The position numbers and the translations under genes are program-made. Source: an uncultured Gemmatimonadales bacterium (GTDB lineage Bacteria; Gemmatimonadota; Gemmatimonadetes; Longimicrobiales; RSA9). Taken from it: a stretch of DNA of 64,000 bases. The notes under the pieces are model-generated. The model made no database searches. It worked only from the letters and a program-made list of their open reading frames with translations, and was not told where the DNA came from. Location of the stretch: NCBI GenBank assembly GCA_963798085.1, contig CAWCRS010000010.1, forward strand, positions 32,001-96,000, given 5' to 3'. Each line of letters opens with the position of its first letter. Positions within the stretch are counted from its first letter, which is position 1. Positions 61,658 to 64,000 of this stretch are shown here, piece by piece.

Positions 61658-62552
61658 ATGAGCCTGGAACTCCGCATCGAGGGCCTTTCCAAGACATACC
61701 CCGGTGGCGCGCGTGCGCTCACCGATGTCTCGCTGGAAGTGCCCACCGGCATGTTCGGCCTGCTCGGCCCCAATGGCGCCGGCAAGTCCACGCTCATGCG
61801 CACCATTGCCACATTGCAGGAGCCCGATGCGGGGCGCATCACACTCGACGGCCTCGACGTGCTGCGGCAGAAGGATGAGGTGCGTCGCATGCTCGGCTAC
61901 CTGCCGCAGGAGTTCGGTGTCTACCCGCGTGTTTCCGGCGAGGAGATGCTCGACCACATCGCGGTGCTCAAGGGTCTGGCCGACCGGCGGCAGCGCCGCG
62001 ACGTCGTGCAGCACCTGCTGCGCCAGACGAACCTCTGGGAGGCGAGGCGCAAGAAGCTGGGCACGTACTCGGGCGGCATGAAGCAGCGTTTCGGCATCGC
62101 GCAGGCGCTCCTGGGCGATCCCCGGCTGATCATCGCCGACGAGCCCACCGCCGGCCTCGATCCCGCGGAACGCAATCGCTTCCTCAATCTTCTGAGCGAG
62201 ATCGGTGAGAACATCATTGTCATTCTTTCCACCCACATTGTGGCCAATGTGACGGACCTGTGCAGCCGCATGGCGATTCTCTCGCACGGGCGGGTGCTGC
62301 TCAGCGGCAGTCCGACGGATGCGATCGAATGCGCTGCGCGGGCGAGTGTGGCAACGGGTGGTGCCGCGCGAGCAGCTGGCCCGGTATCAGGCGGAGCTCG
62401 ACGTCATCTCGACACACCTGCTGGCGGGCCGACAGGTGATTCACGTGCTCGCCGACGCACAGCCGGATGATGGCTTCGAGCCGGTCACGCCGGATCTCGA
62501 GGATGTGTACTTCTCCACCCTGGGCGCCGCCGACCGGCGCCTGGCGGCGTGA
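61658..62552 (+). CDS. ABC transporter ATP-binding protein; frameshift at ~62327
   Basis: GPNGAGKST, YSGGMKQR, DEPTAGLD and STH. The C-terminal PDLEDVYF is in the next frame. Confidence 0.93.
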
Positions 62553-62559
62553 GGCCGTC

Positions 62560-64000
62560 GTGTTCCGCAACATCTTCGGCTTCGAGCTGCGCTACCACAC
62601 GCGCTCCGCACTGTTCTGGCTGGGCTCGCTGCTCTTCTTCCTCATCATCTTCGGTGCCGTAACCAGCGATTTCGTGCAGGTGGGCGGGGCCATTGGCAAC
62701 GTCAACCGCAACTCGCCCTACGTGATCCTGCTGTTCATGGCGTTCGCCAGTGTGGCCAGCGTATTCGTGACCACAGCCTTCGTGGCCGGCGCGGTACTGC
62801 GCGACGAGGAGTTCCGCACGCAGGAGATCCTGTACGCCACGCGTGTCACCCGCATCGCCTACGTGTTCGGGCGATTCACGGGCGCCTACAGCGCGGCGCT
62901 GCTCATGGCCGCCGCGGTGATTCCCGCGATCGTGATCGGCAGTCTGATGCCGTGGCTCGAGCCGGAGCGCGTGGGCCCGTTCCTGTGGCAGCCCTACGTC
63001 TGGGGCATGCTGGTGATGGTCGTGCCTAACATGCTGCTCATGAGCGCGCTGTTCTTCGGCCTGGCCACGCTCACGCGCAGCCTGATGTACACGTACGTGG
63101 GGCTGGTGGGCCTCTTCGTCGGCTACGGCCTGGCCGGCAGCTTCGTGCGCAACCTCGACAAGCAGGGCATCGCCACACTGCTGGACCCGTTCGGCGGTGC
63201 ATCGCTCGGCCTGGTCACCAAGTACTGGACCACGGTCGAGCGCAACACGCTGGTGCCGCCCCTGTCCGGCGCCATCCTGTATAACCGGCTGCTCTGGCTG
63301 GGCGTGTCGCTCGCCATCCTGGCGCTCACGTACAACCGCTTCTCGTTCTCGGTGTCCCGCGCGCGGCACAGCAGGCGGTCGCCCGAAGCCGCCGGGCAGG
63401 CGGTGCTGCCCATTGTCGCACCGGTGCGGCCGGCGGCGGCGCCGGCCACGGCAGCGAGGTCCTTCGCCGGCGCTGCGCGCCGGCGCGCATTCCTGCATCT
63501 CACGCTCATGGAGACCCGGCGCGTCGTGCGCAGCCTGCCGTTCCTGATCATCCTCGCCTTCGGCGTGCTCAACGTGCTGGGCTCGGCATCAGCGCTGGAT
63601 GAGCAGCGCGGTACGCCCATCTATCCGGTGACGCACGTAATGCTCGACGCGAACGCCTCTGCTTTCCTGTTTTTTGTATTCATCATCCTCGTGCTCTATG
63701 CGGGCGAGCTGGTCTGGCGCGATCGCGGCAGCAACACCGCCGATGTGATCGATGCCCTGCCCATCTCGAACCTGCTGTTATGGAGCTCCAGGCTGGTCGC
63801 CCTGCTGAGCGTCGTCGTGCTGGTGCTCTGCATCGGCATTGCGGCGGGCATCGGCTTCCAGGCCTGGCATGGCTATACCCACTTCGAGCTGCCACTGTAC
63901 TTCAAGGGCATGTTCCTGGTGAACGGCATCCCGTTCCTGCAGCTCGCCGTCCTCGCCTTCTTCATCCAGGTGGTGACCGGCAACAAATACATGGGCTTCC
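62560..64000 (+). CDS. ABC-2 type permease, likely the N-terminus of a permease/M1-aminopeptidase fusion; runs off the window
   Basis: FRNIFGFELRY, NVNRNSPY, LLDPFG, WT..ERN, NRLLW and YAGELVWRDR. The peptidase part is not visible. Confidence 0.8.
   Translation, partial: MFRNIFGFELRYHTRSALFWLGSLLFFLIIFGAVTSDFVQVGGAIGNVNRNSPYVILLFMAFASVASVFVTTAFVAGAVLRDEEFRTQEILYATRVTRIAYVFGRFTGAYSAALLMAAAVIPAIVIGSLMPWLEPERVGPFLWQPYVWGMLVMVVPNMLLMSALFFGLATLTRSLMYTYVGLVGLFVGYGLAGSFVRNLDKQGIATLLDPFGGASLGLVTKYWTTVERNTLVPPLSGAILYNRLLWLGVSLAILALTYNRFSFSVSRARHSRRSPEAAGQAVLPIVAPVRPAAAPATAARSFAGAARRRAFLHLTLMETRRVVRSLPFLIILAFGVLNVLGSASALDEQRGTPIYPVTHVMLDANASAFLFFVFIILVLYAGELVWRDRGSNTADVIDALPISNLLLWSSRLVALLSVVVLVLCIGIAAGIGFQAWHGYTHFELPLYFKGMFLVNGIPFLQLAVLAFFIQVVTGNKYMGF

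Overview
GC-rich bacterial DNA (roughly 67-69% GC by eye). Gene content suggests Gemmatimonadota, which is an inference. At least 12 single-base frameshifts fall in 10 otherwise intact genes, and a recurrent CGATG>CAATG change hits conserved Asp codons, so this is probably a long-read assembly with systematic errors. The recognisable content is: a P-type ATPase, a DASS permease, pncB, a HAD hydrolase, a TonB receptor with a two-component system, a desulfurase-like aminotransferase, glgX-malQ, an M14 peptidase, a CDF transporter, tal, a metallophosphoesterase-DUF4956-CotH-VTC operon, a complete alternative complex III (actABCDEF), a lipoprotein plus HAMP kinase, tRNA-Asn, a split 2-aminobenzoyl-CoA (abm-like) catabolic cluster with a nested ComDE-like TPP enzyme, and ABC genes. 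Four signals stand out. (1) Two tandem ~90-nt sRNA candidates at 14.5-15.05 kb, each with its own sigma-54 promoter, a shared 38-nt G-rich-loop hairpin and an intrinsic terminator. (2) A bipartite palindrome, TAAC-N5-GTTA, iterated at least 24 times, mostly inside genes and often spelled with rare codons. (3) The translationally coupled VTC/DUF4956/CotH/phosphoesterase operon, a candidate polyphosphate-linked surface phosphorylation system. (4) Two families of intergenic fold-back repeat elements with no transposase in the window.
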